From positions 158,994 through 207,289 of the forward strand of contig CALQYT010000001.1 of the NCBI GenBank assembly GCA_943348815.1: 48,296 bases of DNA, read 5' to 3'. The notes beneath the pieces are model-generated. The model was given only the letters and a program-made list of their open reading frames with translations. It had not been told where the DNA came from and did not search any database. How positions within the stretch are numbered: the first letter of the stretch is position 1; each line of letters begins with the position of its first letter. This document shows positions 16,159 to 24,380 of this stretch, piece after piece. This DNA is from Candidatus Nomurabacteria bacterium. GTDB lineage: Bacteria; Patescibacteriota; Minisyncoccia; Phycocordibacterales; SBAW01. The translations under genes were made by a program, and so were the position numbers.

Positions 16159-17004
16159 ATGAAATCTTACCGACCCTACACTAAGTCCCGCCGCCACATG
16201 ACCACCGTGAGCTTTGACTCGCTGACGGTAGCCGAGCCGCACAAAGCGCTGACCGGCGGTTTTCGCCGCGGTTCGGGCCGCAACAACGCGGGCCGCATTT
16301 CGGTGCGCCACAAAGGCGGCGGTCACAAGCGCCTCTATAGGGATATCGACTTTGGCTACGGCAAACGCGTTGCCGCACGCGTCGAGACGGTTGAGTACGA
16401 TCCGAACCGCTCGGGCTTTATTGGCCTCTTGCTCTATCGCGATGGCGAGCGCCGCTACGCGCTGTTGCCTCGTTCGGTAAAAGTTGGTTCAACGATCGAA
16501 ACCTCCGAGACCGCACCGGCAACACCGGGCAATCGCATGCCGCTTAAAAACATGCCGATCGGCGCGTTTATTTACAACGTCGAACTCAAGCCGGGGCAGG
16601 GGGGCAAACTGGGCCGCGCCGCCGGTACGCACATCGAGCTTATTGCGCGCGACCAGGGCTATGCCGATCTTAAGATGCCGAGTTCGGAAATTCGCAAAGT
16701 ACTCGAAACTTGCTGGGCAACTTTGGGCGAAGTCTCCAACGATGAGCACCACCTGCGCACGATAGGCAAAGCCGGCCGCAGCCGTTGGTTGGGTATCCGC
16801 CCGACCGTCCGCGGTACGGCGATGAACCCGGTCGACCACCCACACGGCGGCGGCGAGGGTCGCCAAGGTCGTGGTTTGCGCCGCGCCAAGAGCCTCTGGG
16901 GTAAGCCAACGGGCAAGGGTCAGAAGACGCGCCGCCCGAAAAAATACAGCAATTACCTCATTGTTTCGCGCCGCAAGGTTGGCAAACGTAACAAAATAAT
17001 GTAG
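16159..17004 (+). CDS. rplB: 50S ribosomal protein L2
   Basis: [14 protein letters not shown] and [14 protein letters not shown] motifs. Confidence 0.95.
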   Translation: MKSYRPYTKSRRHMTTVSFDSLTVAEPHKALTGGFRRGSGRNNAGRISVRHKGGGHKRLYRDIDFGYGKRVAARVETVEYDPNRSGFIGLLLYRDGERRYALLPRSVKVGSTIETSETAPATPGNRMPLKNMPIGAFIYNVELKPGQGGKLGRAAGTHIELIARDQGYADLKMPSSEIRKVLETCWATLGEVSNDEHHLRTIGKAGRSRWLGIRPTVRGTAMNPVDHPHGGGEGRQGRGLRRAKSLWGKPTGKGQKTRRPKKYSNYLIVSRRKVGKRNKIM

Positions 17005-17024
17005 TATTTTGCTTCCTAATCACT

Positions 17025-17393
17025 ATGTCACGATCACTTAAAAAAGGACCCTACGTCGACGCAAAACTCCTCAAGAAAATTGAGGGCAAAAAGCCGCAAA
17101 CCGCGGAGGTGATTAAGACGTGGGCACGCCGCTCGCAGATTGCCCCGGAGATGGTGGGCTTTAAATTTGGCGTCTACAACGGCCGCGTACACATCGAGGT
17201 CTTGGTGAGCGAAGACATGGTGGGGCACCGCTTGGGCGAGTTTAGCCCGACCAAGAAGTTCGTTCGTCACGGCGGTAAGATGCAGAAGGAGATCGAGACC
17301 AAGGCTAAAGAGGCCGAGATTGCAGCCGCACAGGCTTCCAAAGCTGCGGCCGATGTCGCCGGAGCTAAAAAGGCCGCCGCACCGGCAAAATAA
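17025..17393 (+). CDS. rpsS: 30S ribosomal protein S19 with Ala/Lys-rich C-terminal extension
   Basis: [12 protein letters not shown] and VYNGR motifs. About 30 extra C-terminal residues. Confidence 0.92.
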   Translation: MSRSLKKGPYVDAKLLKKIEGKKPQTAEVIKTWARRSQIAPEMVGFKFGVYNGRVHIEVLVSEDMVGHRLGEFSPTKKFVRHGGKMQKEIETKAKEAEIAAAQASKAAADVAGAKKAAAPAK

Positions 17394-17396
17394 TTT

Positions 17397-17768
17397 ATGG
17401 CTATCGCAACCGCACAACTCAAAAACTACCGTCAAGCACCGCGCAAAGTGCGTTTGGTTGCCGACCTCGTGCGCGGCAAGTCGGCCGAGCGCGCACTCTC
17501 GTTGCTTGCCATGTTGCCTAAGCGCGCGAGCTTGCCGATGCAGAAACTTATCCAGTCTGCCGTTGCGAACGCCAAAGATGTTTCGGCCGCTGAACTCTAT
17601 ATTTCTAAAATAGAGGTCAACGGCGGGATTGTCTTTAAACGACACATGCCCCGCGCACGAGGAAGAGCGGCTGAGATATTGAAACGCACTTCTCATGTGT
17701 CTGTGTCCTTGGATCGAAAAAAGAAATCCGAAGCACGAAATCCGAAATCCGAAAAAAACCATGAGTAA
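17397..17768 (+). CDS. rplV: 50S ribosomal protein L22
   Basis: YRQAPRKVRLVADLVRGK motif. The C-terminal tail KKKSEARNPKSEKNHE is encoded by the repeat cassette. Confidence 0.92.
   Translation: MAIATAQLKNYRQAPRKVRLVADLVRGKSAERALSLLAMLPKRASLPMQKLIQSAVANAKDVSAAELYISKIEVNGGIVFKRHMPRARGRAAEILKRTSHVSVSLDRKKKSEARNPKSEKNHE
17723..17754 (+). repeat. family 1 cassette GAAATCCGAAGCACGAAATCCGAAATCCGAAA
   Basis: Near-identical words occur at 23042-23073, 25526-25551, 33348-33437 and 33627-33650. This copy ends 6 nt before the rpsC ATG. Confidence 0.75.
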
Positions 17769-18429
17769 AGTAGTACATCCGTTTGCACATCGTTTGGGAG
17801 TCTTGCGAGACTGGCGCCACCGCTGGTTTGCCATCGGCCCTGCCTATCTTGAAAATCTCAAGACCGGCGTTTTGCTGCGCGAATATCTACAGAAGCAGTT
17901 GCGCGGTATGTACATAGGCGACATCGAGCTTGAGCGCAACACCAAGTCTTTGCGCGTGATTGTTAAAACCTCGCGCCCCGGCCTTATCATCGGCCGCTCG
18001 GGCGAAGGCTCGCAGAAGCTCCGTGCCTCTATCGAAAGCTTTTTGCGCAAGCACAAACTGACCGTACCGGATATCAAACTCGATATCGAAGAGATCCGCA
18101 GCCCCGAGTCGAGCGCCGCTATTGTGGCCTACATGGTGGCCGAAGGTTTGGAAAAGCGTCTGCCCTTCCGCCGTGTGCTCAAACAAACGATCGAAAAGGT
18201 GATGGCAAACCGCGACGTCAAAGGCGTACGCATTGTTATCTCCGGCATGTTGGGCTCTGGTTCGATGTCACGCACCGAAGTTTTGAAGAAAGGTCGCATT
18301 CCGCTGCAGACGATCCGCGCCGATGTAGACTTTGCCAAAGAGCGCGCCAACCTCCCGCTTGGTGTCATTGGCGTCAAGGTATGGATCTACAAGGGTGACG
18401 TCTTTGCCGCTCGCGGCAAAGACAAATAA
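17761..18429 (+). CDS. rpsC: 30S ribosomal protein S3
   Basis: MSKVVHPFAHRLGV and a KH-domain region. Start at ATG 17761 within ORF 17695-18429. Overlaps rplV by 8 nt. Confidence 0.93.
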   Translation: MSKVVHPFAHRLGVLRDWRHRWFAIGPAYLENLKTGVLLREYLQKQLRGMYIGDIELERNTKSLRVIVKTSRPGLIIGRSGEGSQKLRASIESFLRKHKLTVPDIKLDIEEIRSPESSAAIVAYMVAEGLEKRLPFRRVLKQTIEKVMANRDVKGVRIVISGMLGSGSMSRTEVLKKGRIPLQTIRADVDFAKERANLPLGVIGVKVWIYKGDVFAARGKDK

Positions 18430-18455
18430 AGAAGATTGCTAAGACTTAAAAATTT

Positions 18456-18872
18456 ATGATGTTTCCTAAAAAAGTAAAATTCCGCAAGTGGCACACGATG
18501 CGCCGCAACCCAAAACCGACTAAGCTCGCGACGCGCGGCATTACGGTTGCGTTTGGCTCGCATGGGCTTAAGGCGACGACGCATGCACGCGTGCGCTCCA
18601 ACCAGATAGAGTCGGCGCGCAAAGTTATCGCCCGCGCACTCGGCAAAACCGGCAAGCAATGGATCCGCATCTTCCCCGACAAGCCGTACACGCAAAAGCC
18701 GCCCGAGGTTAAGCTCGGCAAGGGTAAGGGCGACCCGCAAGGCTACGAGGTAGAGGTGTGGCCGGGCCGCGTCATGTTTGAGGTAGACGGTGTTGCCGAC
18801 GCGCTTGCGGTCCAAACATTGATTAAAGCTGCAAAAAAGTTGCCGCTTACCGCTAAAGTGGTCACCCGCTAA
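18456..18872 (+). CDS. rplP: 50S ribosomal protein L16
   Basis: PKKVKFRKWH and GKGDPQGYEVEVWPGRVMFEV motifs. Confidence 0.94.
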   Translation: MMFPKKVKFRKWHTMRRNPKPTKLATRGITVAFGSHGLKATTHARVRSNQIESARKVIARALGKTGKQWIRIFPDKPYTQKPPEVKLGKGKGDPQGYEVEVWPGRVMFEVDGVADALAVQTLIKAAKKLPLTAKVVTR

Positions 18873-18885
18873 CATCCCCGACGGG

Positions 18886-19113
18886 ATGATGAAACATCAT
18901 ATGACTAAAAAACTTAACTTAAATAATCACTCGGTCGAAGACTTGCAAAAGCTTTCGGCCGAACGCCGCGAAGAGCTGCGGAGCTTGCGTTTTAACGTCG
19001 CTGGTAGTAAGAATCGGGATGTTAAGCGGGCGTCAAAACTGCGCAAAGAGGTTGCCCGCGCGATGACCGAGCTCAGCAAACGCAACCCCGCTAAGCCGCC
19101 CCGCACCAAATAA
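18886..19113 (+). CDS. rpmC: 50S ribosomal protein L29
   Basis: LSAERREELRSLRFNVAGSKNRDVKRASKLRKEVARAMTEL. The start could be ATG 18901. Confidence 0.88.
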   Translation: MMKHHMTKKLNLNNHSVEDLQKLSAERREELRSLRFNVAGSKNRDVKRASKLRKEVARAMTELSKRNPAKPPRTK

Positions 19114-19118
19114 TATTT

Positions 19119-19364
19119 ATGGAAACTAAACAACCACAACGCAAAACCTTCCGCGGGACCGTCATGTCCACGAAGATGCAAAACACGGCTATTGTCGCGG
19201 TCTCGCGCTATGTGAAGCACGTTAAGTATAAAAAGTTTCTCAAAAAGACCTCGCGTTTTGCCGCACACAACGAGGGCAACAAAGCCAAAGAGGGTGATGT
19301 GGTAACGATCCGCTCGTGCCGCCCGCTGTCCAAAACCAAACATTTCGAGATTGTATTCGAATAA
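19119..19364 (+). CDS. rpsQ: 30S ribosomal protein S17
   Basis: FRGTVMSTKMQNTAIVAVSRYVKHVKYKKF motif. Confidence 0.93.
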   Translation: METKQPQRKTFRGTVMSTKMQNTAIVAVSRYVKHVKYKKFLKKTSRFAAHNEGNKAKEGDVVTIRSCRPLSKTKHFEIVFE

Positions 19365-19369
19365 AATTT

Positions 19370-19750
19370 ATGATTCAAGACCGTTCACTTGTAGTAATTG
19401 CAGATAACTCCGGCGCCAAAATTGGACGCATTTTCAAGATCCCCGGATCGTCCAAAAAGCGCTATGCCGAAATCGGCCAGCTCGTTATCCTCTCGGTCCA
19501 GACCGCCGAGCCCCGCAAAGCGGTTAAGAAAAAAGACGTGCTCACGGGTGTGGTGGTGCGCCAGCGCAAACCCTTCCGCCGCAAAGACGGCTCGTACATC
19601 CGCTTTGATGAAAATGCGGTCGTAATTTTGGAAACCGGCGGCAAAGACAAAAAAGAGCCGAAGGCTGGACGCATCTTTGGTCCTATCCCGCGTGAGTTGC
19701 AAGACTTGGGCTACCAGACGATAATCTCCCGCGCACCAGAAGTTGTATAA
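19370..19750 (+). CDS. rplN: 50S ribosomal protein L14
   Basis: MIQDRSLVVIADNSGAK. Start at ATG 19370 within ORF 19316-19750. Confidence 0.94.
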   Translation: MIQDRSLVVIADNSGAKIGRIFKIPGSSKKRYAEIGQLVILSVQTAEPRKAVKKKDVLTGVVVRQRKPFRRKDGSYIRFDENAVVILETGGKDKKEPKAGRIFGPIPRELQDLGYQTIISRAPEVV

Positions 19751-19754
19751 TTTT

Positions 19755-19979
19755 ATGAACACTCTCCACGTAAAAAAAGGTGATACCGTCACGATCCGCT
19801 CCGGTGTCGACAAAGGCAAGTCGGGAAAAGTGACGCGTGTATTCCCTAAACTCCAAAAGGTATCGGTGGAGGGAGTAGGGAAGCACGTCAAACACCAAAA
19901 GCCGCGCCGCCAAGGCCAGGCCGGACAGATTGTCGAGAAGTTTCGCCCGATCCATGTCAGTAAGGTCACCAAAAAATAA
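19755..19979 (+). CDS. rplX: 50S ribosomal protein L24
   Basis: HVKKGDTVTIRSGVDKGKSGKV (KOW motif). Start at ATG 19755. Confidence 0.92.
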   Translation: MNTLHVKKGDTVTIRSGVDKGKSGKVTRVFPKLQKVSVEGVGKHVKHQKPRRQGQAGQIVEKFRPIHVSKVTKK

Positions 19980-19981
19980 CC

Positions 19982-20521
19982 ATGCCGCCGCTTATTGCTG
20001 AAAAACAAAAAATTGCTTTTAACACGCTGAAGTCTGACTTTGGTTGGAAGAACGCTATGCAAACACCCAAGATTACCAAAGTAGTGATCTCGGTTGGCGT
20101 GGGCAAAATGATTAAAGAAAAAGGCCGCCTCGAGTTTGTCGAAGGCCGCTTGGCTAAAATCGCGGGCCAAAAAGCCGCGCACCGCGGTGCTAAAAAATCG
20201 ATCGCAACCTTTAAGACGCGTATTGGCGACAAAATTGGCTACCAGGTAACGCTCCGCGGCAAGCGCATGGAAGACTTCCTCAATCGTCTCATCCACATCG
20301 CACTTCCTCGCACCAAAGACTTTAAAGGCATTTCGACCGCTGGTATCGACGAGATGGGCAACTACACGCTCGGCATGAAAGAGCATACGGTCTTCCCCGA
20401 AACGGCCGACGAAGATATCAAAGACATTTTTGGGATGGCAGTTACGGTCGTCACCACTTCCAAAGACAAAAAAACTACCGAGGCTTACCTCAGACACTTG
20501 GGTTTTCCGTTTAAGAAATAA
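19982..20521 (+). CDS. rplE: 50S ribosomal protein L5
   Basis: 179 aa. PKITKVVISVGVG...YQVTLRGKRMEDFLNRL. Confidence 0.94.
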   Translation: MPPLIAEKQKIAFNTLKSDFGWKNAMQTPKITKVVISVGVGKMIKEKGRLEFVEGRLAKIAGQKAAHRGAKKSIATFKTRIGDKIGYQVTLRGKRMEDFLNRLIHIALPRTKDFKGISTAGIDEMGNYTLGMKEHTVFPETADEDIKDIFGMAVTVVTTSKDKKTTEAYLRHLGFPFKK

Positions 20522-20538
20522 ATAAAAACAGCTGCGGG

Positions 20539-20886
20539 TTAGGCAGCTGCTGTAAATTCGAATTCGAGTTGAGCAACGTCTCTTAACTCGTACGGTTCTT
20601 CTAGCTCGGTCGCTTGCAAAAGCGGTTGTACAAGGTAGGGGAGCGTCTGCAAGCGTTTGAGTGCCTCAAGTGGGTCAAGTTCGCTTGAGATGTAACACTC
20701 GCATTCTTCTGACTCGGGATGCCCGCACTCATCATCCATGTACCACTCTACAAATACGCCGTCATTCCGTAAGAACAAATGACGACCTTGGTGGCGCTCA
20801 GGCATCAGACACTCACGGGGAGTGCGGTCAGAGCCAGTTGATAGGCTATCTAAGAAGGGGACTAGGATGCCGCAGTGGTAGGGCAT
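20539..20886 (-). CDS. hypothetical acidic Cys-containing protein
   Basis: 115-aa ORF antisense to the ribosomal cluster. No motif. The stop is embedded in a hairpin followed by a T-run. Confidence 0.5.
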   Translation of the reverse strand: MPYHCGILVPFLDSLSTGSDRTPRECLMPERHQGRHLFLRNDGVFVEWYMDDECGHPESEECECYISSELDPLEALKRLQTLPYLVQPLLQATELEEPYELRDVAQLEFEFTAAA

Positions 20887-20945
20887 GGCTCAGCTCCTCG
20901 TGCTCGCCAACTGTTATATACCACAGTTGAGGGTATAATTCGTGC

Positions 20946-21485
20946 ATGATTCGCTGGCACGAAGTTACTTGGTACTCCCGTTGGGGAGCGATACTATTAT
21001 TCCTCGTCGTGGTGCCAGTACTTTGTTTTTACATCGGAACGCAATATGAACTTGCTTCTCAAAGTGTAATAAAACCTTTGCCCACAGCATCCGTTTCAAC
21101 CGTCTCACCGAAAATTACTTGTGCTCAAGCAGCAGATGCTCAGCTTAAGACTGATGCAGGTATCCTCCCTCACCTTACGGAGTCAACGACTTCTGTACAC
21201 ATTAGTGATTACGGATTGATCCAAAATTGTTACTTTCTTAACAAAAATGTATCGAACTCAACTTTAGACCAAGCCTATGATCCCAAGGTTGATCCTCCCA
21301 CGTATGAGCAAGATACTCTCTATTTTTACCCCTTAGCTCACGGTTATATTTCTGGGGAAGGAAGATTAATAGCTAGTTATACGACAGTGTCGGGGTATCA
21401 GATAAGTACCTCAAGGACTTTTCTTAATATATCAAAGAATTTTTTTGACGAGTTGATCAAAGATATTTGGCAGAAAAACGAATAA
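20946..21485 (+). CDS. hypothetical membrane-anchored protein
   Basis: N-terminal TM helix WGAILLFLVVVPVLCFYIG, then an AT-rich extracytoplasmic domain. Confidence 0.6.
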   Translation: MIRWHEVTWYSRWGAILLFLVVVPVLCFYIGTQYELASQSVIKPLPTASVSTVSPKITCAQAADAQLKTDAGILPHLTESTTSVHISDYGLIQNCYFLNKNVSNSTLDQAYDPKVDPPTYEQDTLYFYPLAHGYISGEGRLIASYTTVSGYQISTSRTFLNISKNFFDELIKDIWQKNE

Positions 21486-21502
21486 TTTTTTAATTAAAAA
21501 CC

Positions 21503-21868
21503 CTACTTATAAAACAGCGGGGAGATGAAGAGGGTAGCGAGGAAGATTGCGGTGATGACGGCAAAGGCACCGATGGTGTGCACGCCGAGTTTAACCGCTT
21601 CAACTTTTTGGCCATCAAGATACAGCAGCACGGGTTGGTAGAAAAAGGTGTAGGCCATCACTGCTGCCGAAAGGGTGAGTAACGAAAGCATCGTAATGGG
21701 CATCAGCACATTGTCGACCGGGTCAACGAGCGGCTGTCCAAAGTACATAACCGAAGACACTACGCCAATGTAGAGTGCCGCCATGAGCGCGTTTAAAACA
21801 GGGTTTTTGGTCATACGATGCTTCATCGCCCTTGTGAGGGTGTGTTTAGTATAACTTTGGCCAATCAA
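21503..21868 (-). CDS. hypothetical small membrane protein (3 TM)
   Basis: Helices LNALMAALYIGVVSSVMYF, ITMLSLLTLSAAVMAYTFFY and IGAFAVITAIFLATLFI. Start uncertain. Confidence 0.6.
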   Translation of the reverse strand: MIGQSYTKHTLTRAMKHRMTKNPVLNALMAALYIGVVSSVMYFGQPLVDPVDNVLMPITMLSLLTLSAAVMAYTFFYQPVLLYLDGQKVEAVKLGVHTIGAFAVITAIFLATLFISPLFYK

Positions 21869-21890
21869 AACGAGTTACTTTCCAAATTAA

Positions 21891-21919
21891 AAAACCCCGC
21901 CGCGGACGATGCGGTGGGG
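21891..21919 (-). terminator. intrinsic terminator of 21920-22351
   Basis: CCCCGCCGC / GCGGTGGGG hairpin followed (minus sense) by TTTT. Confidence 0.5.
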
Positions 21920-22351
21920 TTAAGCTCGGCGCTCAATAAGTGCCTTCTGCAGGCCGGGGAAGCGCTTGATGAGATCGCGCACGCCTTGGGCAAGAGTGTG
22001 ACGTCTCTTCTCAACTCGCTCGATAAGCTTCGCTGCCCTTTCGACCCTTGCCGGTCGCGCAGGCGCCACTGGGTTATCAAGCCAGGGGGTGAGTTGCTCG
22101 AGTTCCGCCGCATCTTTGGCCAAGAACCACGCAAGGGTCCGCATCACCGAAACAGTGCCTCGGCAGTTTGCGCGTCCGTGGCGCCACTGTCGGCACTCAA
22201 CACTCAGTCGGTCGAAGAATGAAGCCGAGGGAACCTCGTACATTTTGTGGTGCGGCAATGGGATCTCGATCGTGAGTCCCGGCTCGTAGTTTTGGGCTTG
22301 TGACGCCGTTATCAGCAGCATCAGTAGGCAAACCGTGATCAATGCCTTCAT
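21920..22351 (-). CDS. hypothetical secreted protein
   Basis: Signal peptide MKALITVCLLMLLITASQAQ. Strong SD (GAGAGGAGGTGG) upstream. Confidence 0.65.
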   Translation of the reverse strand: MKALITVCLLMLLITASQAQNYEPGLTIEIPLPHHKMYEVPSASFFDRLSVECRQWRHGRANCRGTVSVMRTLAWFLAKDAAELEQLTPWLDNPVAPARPARVERAAKLIERVEKRRHTLAQGVRDLIKRFPGLQKALIERRA

Positions 22352-22392
22352 AGGCCACCTCCTCTCTCGACCTTATCACTAAAATAAAAATT

Positions 22393-22424
22393 AAAAAACC
22401 CCGCCTCAAGATTGAGAGGAGGGG
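22393..22424 (-). terminator. intrinsic terminator of 22406-22648
   Basis: CCCCTCCTC / GAGGCGGGG hairpin followed (minus sense) by T6. Confidence 0.5.
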
Positions 22425-22648
22425 AGATTCAGTACGAGCTCGCGGGCGGCTTGCAAAGCGACGAGACCGGGGATGCCCTTGCGGACAAACGGTTCGGCGA
22501 GCGCCGCAATGTGCTCGTCTTCGTCGGTGGCGGGGCACTTGGCGTGGAGTTCTTCAGCCAATTTCAGTGCCTCGTAAAAATCTTTATCGGTGGCGAAGTT
22601 GAGGCTTTCTTTCCTCAAATTCCCCAACTTTTCCGCAAAGGTACGCAT
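22406..22648 (-). CDS. hypothetical small helical protein
   Basis: 80-aa ORF with its own terminator. No motif. Confidence 0.5.
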   Translation of the reverse strand: MRTFAEKLGNLRKESLNFATDKDFYEALKLAEELHAKCPATDEDEHIAALAEPFVRKGIPGLVALQAARELVLNLPSSQS

Positions 22649-22720
22649 GACCTGTTGTTTCCTCTGGTTGGGGGCCTCTAACCAACAAATACCCTAATCC
22701 CGAAAATGAGTCAACCATAT

Positions 22721-22749
22721 TTGCAGTGGGGAGAGCACCGTGCTATATT
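22721..22749 (+). promoter_or_regulatory. sigma70-like promoter TTGCAG-17-TATATT for rpsN block
   Basis: Hexamers at 22721-22726 and 22744-22749, restarting the spc genes after the island. Confidence 0.45.
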
Positions 22750-22857
22750 CCTCGAAGCCCTCAGGGCTCCTTTTTTCTGTTAGGTGCCGCTTAGTCGAAA
22801 GGCGAGGCATACCGGCAGAATCGTAACTCCCAAGGCATGGGGAGTAACCATTTACAA

Positions 22858-23043
22858 ATGGCAAAAAAATCCACAGTCGCGCGTTCGAACCGACCCCCGA
22901 AATTCAAAAGTAGGGTAGTTCGCCGTTGTTTCCGCTGCGGCCGCAAGCGCGCCTTTATGCGTGACTTCGGACTCTGCCGCGCCTGCTTCCGCGAGGCGGC
23001 TAACGAAGGCCTTATCCCAGGAGTCCGAAAGTCCTCCTGGTAA
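22858..23043 (+). CDS. rpsN: 30S ribosomal protein S14, zinc-binding type Z
   Basis: 61 aa. [20 protein letters not shown] (CxxC...CxxC). Start at ATG 22858. Confidence 0.93.
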   Translation: MAKKSTVARSNRPPKFKSRVVRRCFRCGRKRAFMRDFGLCRACFREAANEGLIPGVRKSSW

Positions 23044-23073
23044 ATACGAAGCACGAAATTCGAAATCCGAAAC
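23042..23073 (+). repeat. family 1 cassette AAATACGAAGCACGAAATTCGAAATCCGAAAC
   Basis: Same word set as 17723-17754. Ends 2 nt before the rpsH ATG. Confidence 0.75.
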
Positions 23074-23075
23074 TT

Positions 23076-23456
23076 ATGAACACCGACCCAATAGCAGATC
23101 TTCTAGTCAGACTTCAAAACGCTTCGCGCGTTGGGCACACCTCTATCGAGGTACCCTTCTCGGCGATGAAGATGGCCATCGCACGCGTACTCGCAACCGA
23201 AGGCTACGTGGGCGATGCCGACAAGAAAAACAATTCCATCACGATTGCACTTAAATACCAAAACGGCACGCCAGCCATCAGCGGTGTTAAGCGCGTTTCC
23301 AAACAGTCGCGCCGCATCTATATGGGTGTCCGTGATGTCCGCCCTATTAAACGCGGCCGCGGTTTGCTCGTCCTCTCGACTCCCAAAGGCATCATGTCGG
23401 GCAAAACGGCCCGCACCGAACGCGTTGGCGGAGAAGCCCTATTTGAAATCTGGTAG
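23076..23456 (+). CDS. rpsH: 30S ribosomal protein S8
   Basis: MNTDPIADLLVRLQNA motif. Confidence 0.94.
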   Translation: MNTDPIADLLVRLQNASRVGHTSIEVPFSAMKMAIARVLATEGYVGDADKKNNSITIALKYQNGTPAISGVKRVSKQSRRIYMGVRDVRPIKRGRGLLVLSTPKGIMSGKTARTERVGGEALFEIW

Positions 23457-23496
23457 ATTTCAAAAAGTTTCAAATCACAAGCATCAAATCACAAAC
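23457..23496 (+). repeat. family 2 word repeat (TCAAATCACAAG x2)
   Basis: TTTCAAATCACAAGCATCAAATCACAAAC lies directly upstream of the rplF ATG. Confidence 0.6.
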
Positions 23497-24045
23497 ATGA
23501 GTAGACTAGCTAAACGACCAATTCCGCTCCCACCCAAAACCGAGGTTACCGTCTCGGGCCTGCCCGGCCAGGGTGGCTCGGTTGCCGTCAAAGGCCCCAA
23601 AGGCACGCTGCAGCGCCCGGTGCACCGCGCCATTTCGCTCGAGGTAGGCGCCGACGGCGTGCAGGTATCGTCCAAAGGTGATGCGCTCGAAACTAAAGCC
23701 TTGCTCGGCACCTACGCGAGCCATGTGCGCAACATGCTCACCGGCGTTACGCAGGGCTTTAGCAAAAAGCTTTTGATCGAGGGCGTCGGCTTTAAGTGGG
23801 ATGTGCAGGGCAAGACGCTCAACCTGGCGCTTGGATTTTCGCACCCGGTCAAAGTACCGATCCCCGAAGGTCTTACGCTGAGCATCGACAAAGGAGTTCT
23901 CACCATCGTGGGTATCGACCGCGAGTCGGTAGGACAGTTTGCCGCCAACATCCGCGCGCTCAAGAAGCCCGAGCCCTACAAAGGCAAAGGCATCCGCTAC
24001 GAGGGCGAGGTGATCCGCCGCAAGCAAGGTAAGAAGGCCGCATAA
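23497..24045 (+). CDS. rplF: 50S ribosomal protein L6
   Basis: MSRLAKRPIPLP. Start at ATG 23497 within the longer ORF 23215-24045. Confidence 0.93.
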   Translation: MSRLAKRPIPLPPKTEVTVSGLPGQGGSVAVKGPKGTLQRPVHRAISLEVGADGVQVSSKGDALETKALLGTYASHVRNMLTGVTQGFSKKLLIEGVGFKWDVQGKTLNLALGFSHPVKVPIPEGLTLSIDKGVLTIVGIDRESVGQFAANIRALKKPEPYKGKGIRYEGEVIRRKQGKKAA

Positions 24046-24050
24046 CCACT

Positions 24051-24377
24051 ATGATTAACCGCGAACGTCGTCACAACCGCATACGCTCTAAAGTTACTGG
24101 CACCGCTGCGCGCCCGCGTTTGTGCGTATTTAAATCAAACCGTTATTTGCACGCACAGATTATTGACGACGCGCAAGGCAAAACGCTCGTTGCCGGCACG
24201 ACCAAAGGGATGAAGGACAAAAAAACCGCCGCGGCAGCAAAGTTGGGCGAAGATTTGGCAAAACGCGCCAAAGGAGCGGGCATAACCAAGGTGGTGTTCG
24301 ATCGCGGAGGTTTCCGCTATACTGGCCGAGTTGCGATATTGGCCGATGCGGCACGCAAAGGAGGTCTCGAATTTTAA
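24051..24377 (+). CDS. rplR: 50S ribosomal protein L18
   Basis: RHNRIRSKVTGTAARPRLCVFKSNRYLHAQIID motif. Confidence 0.94.
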   Translation: MINRERRHNRIRSKVTGTAARPRLCVFKSNRYLHAQIIDDAQGKTLVAGTTKGMKDKKTAAAAKLGEDLAKRAKGAGITKVVFDRGGFRYTGRVAILADAARKGGLEF

Positions 24378-24380
24378 TAT

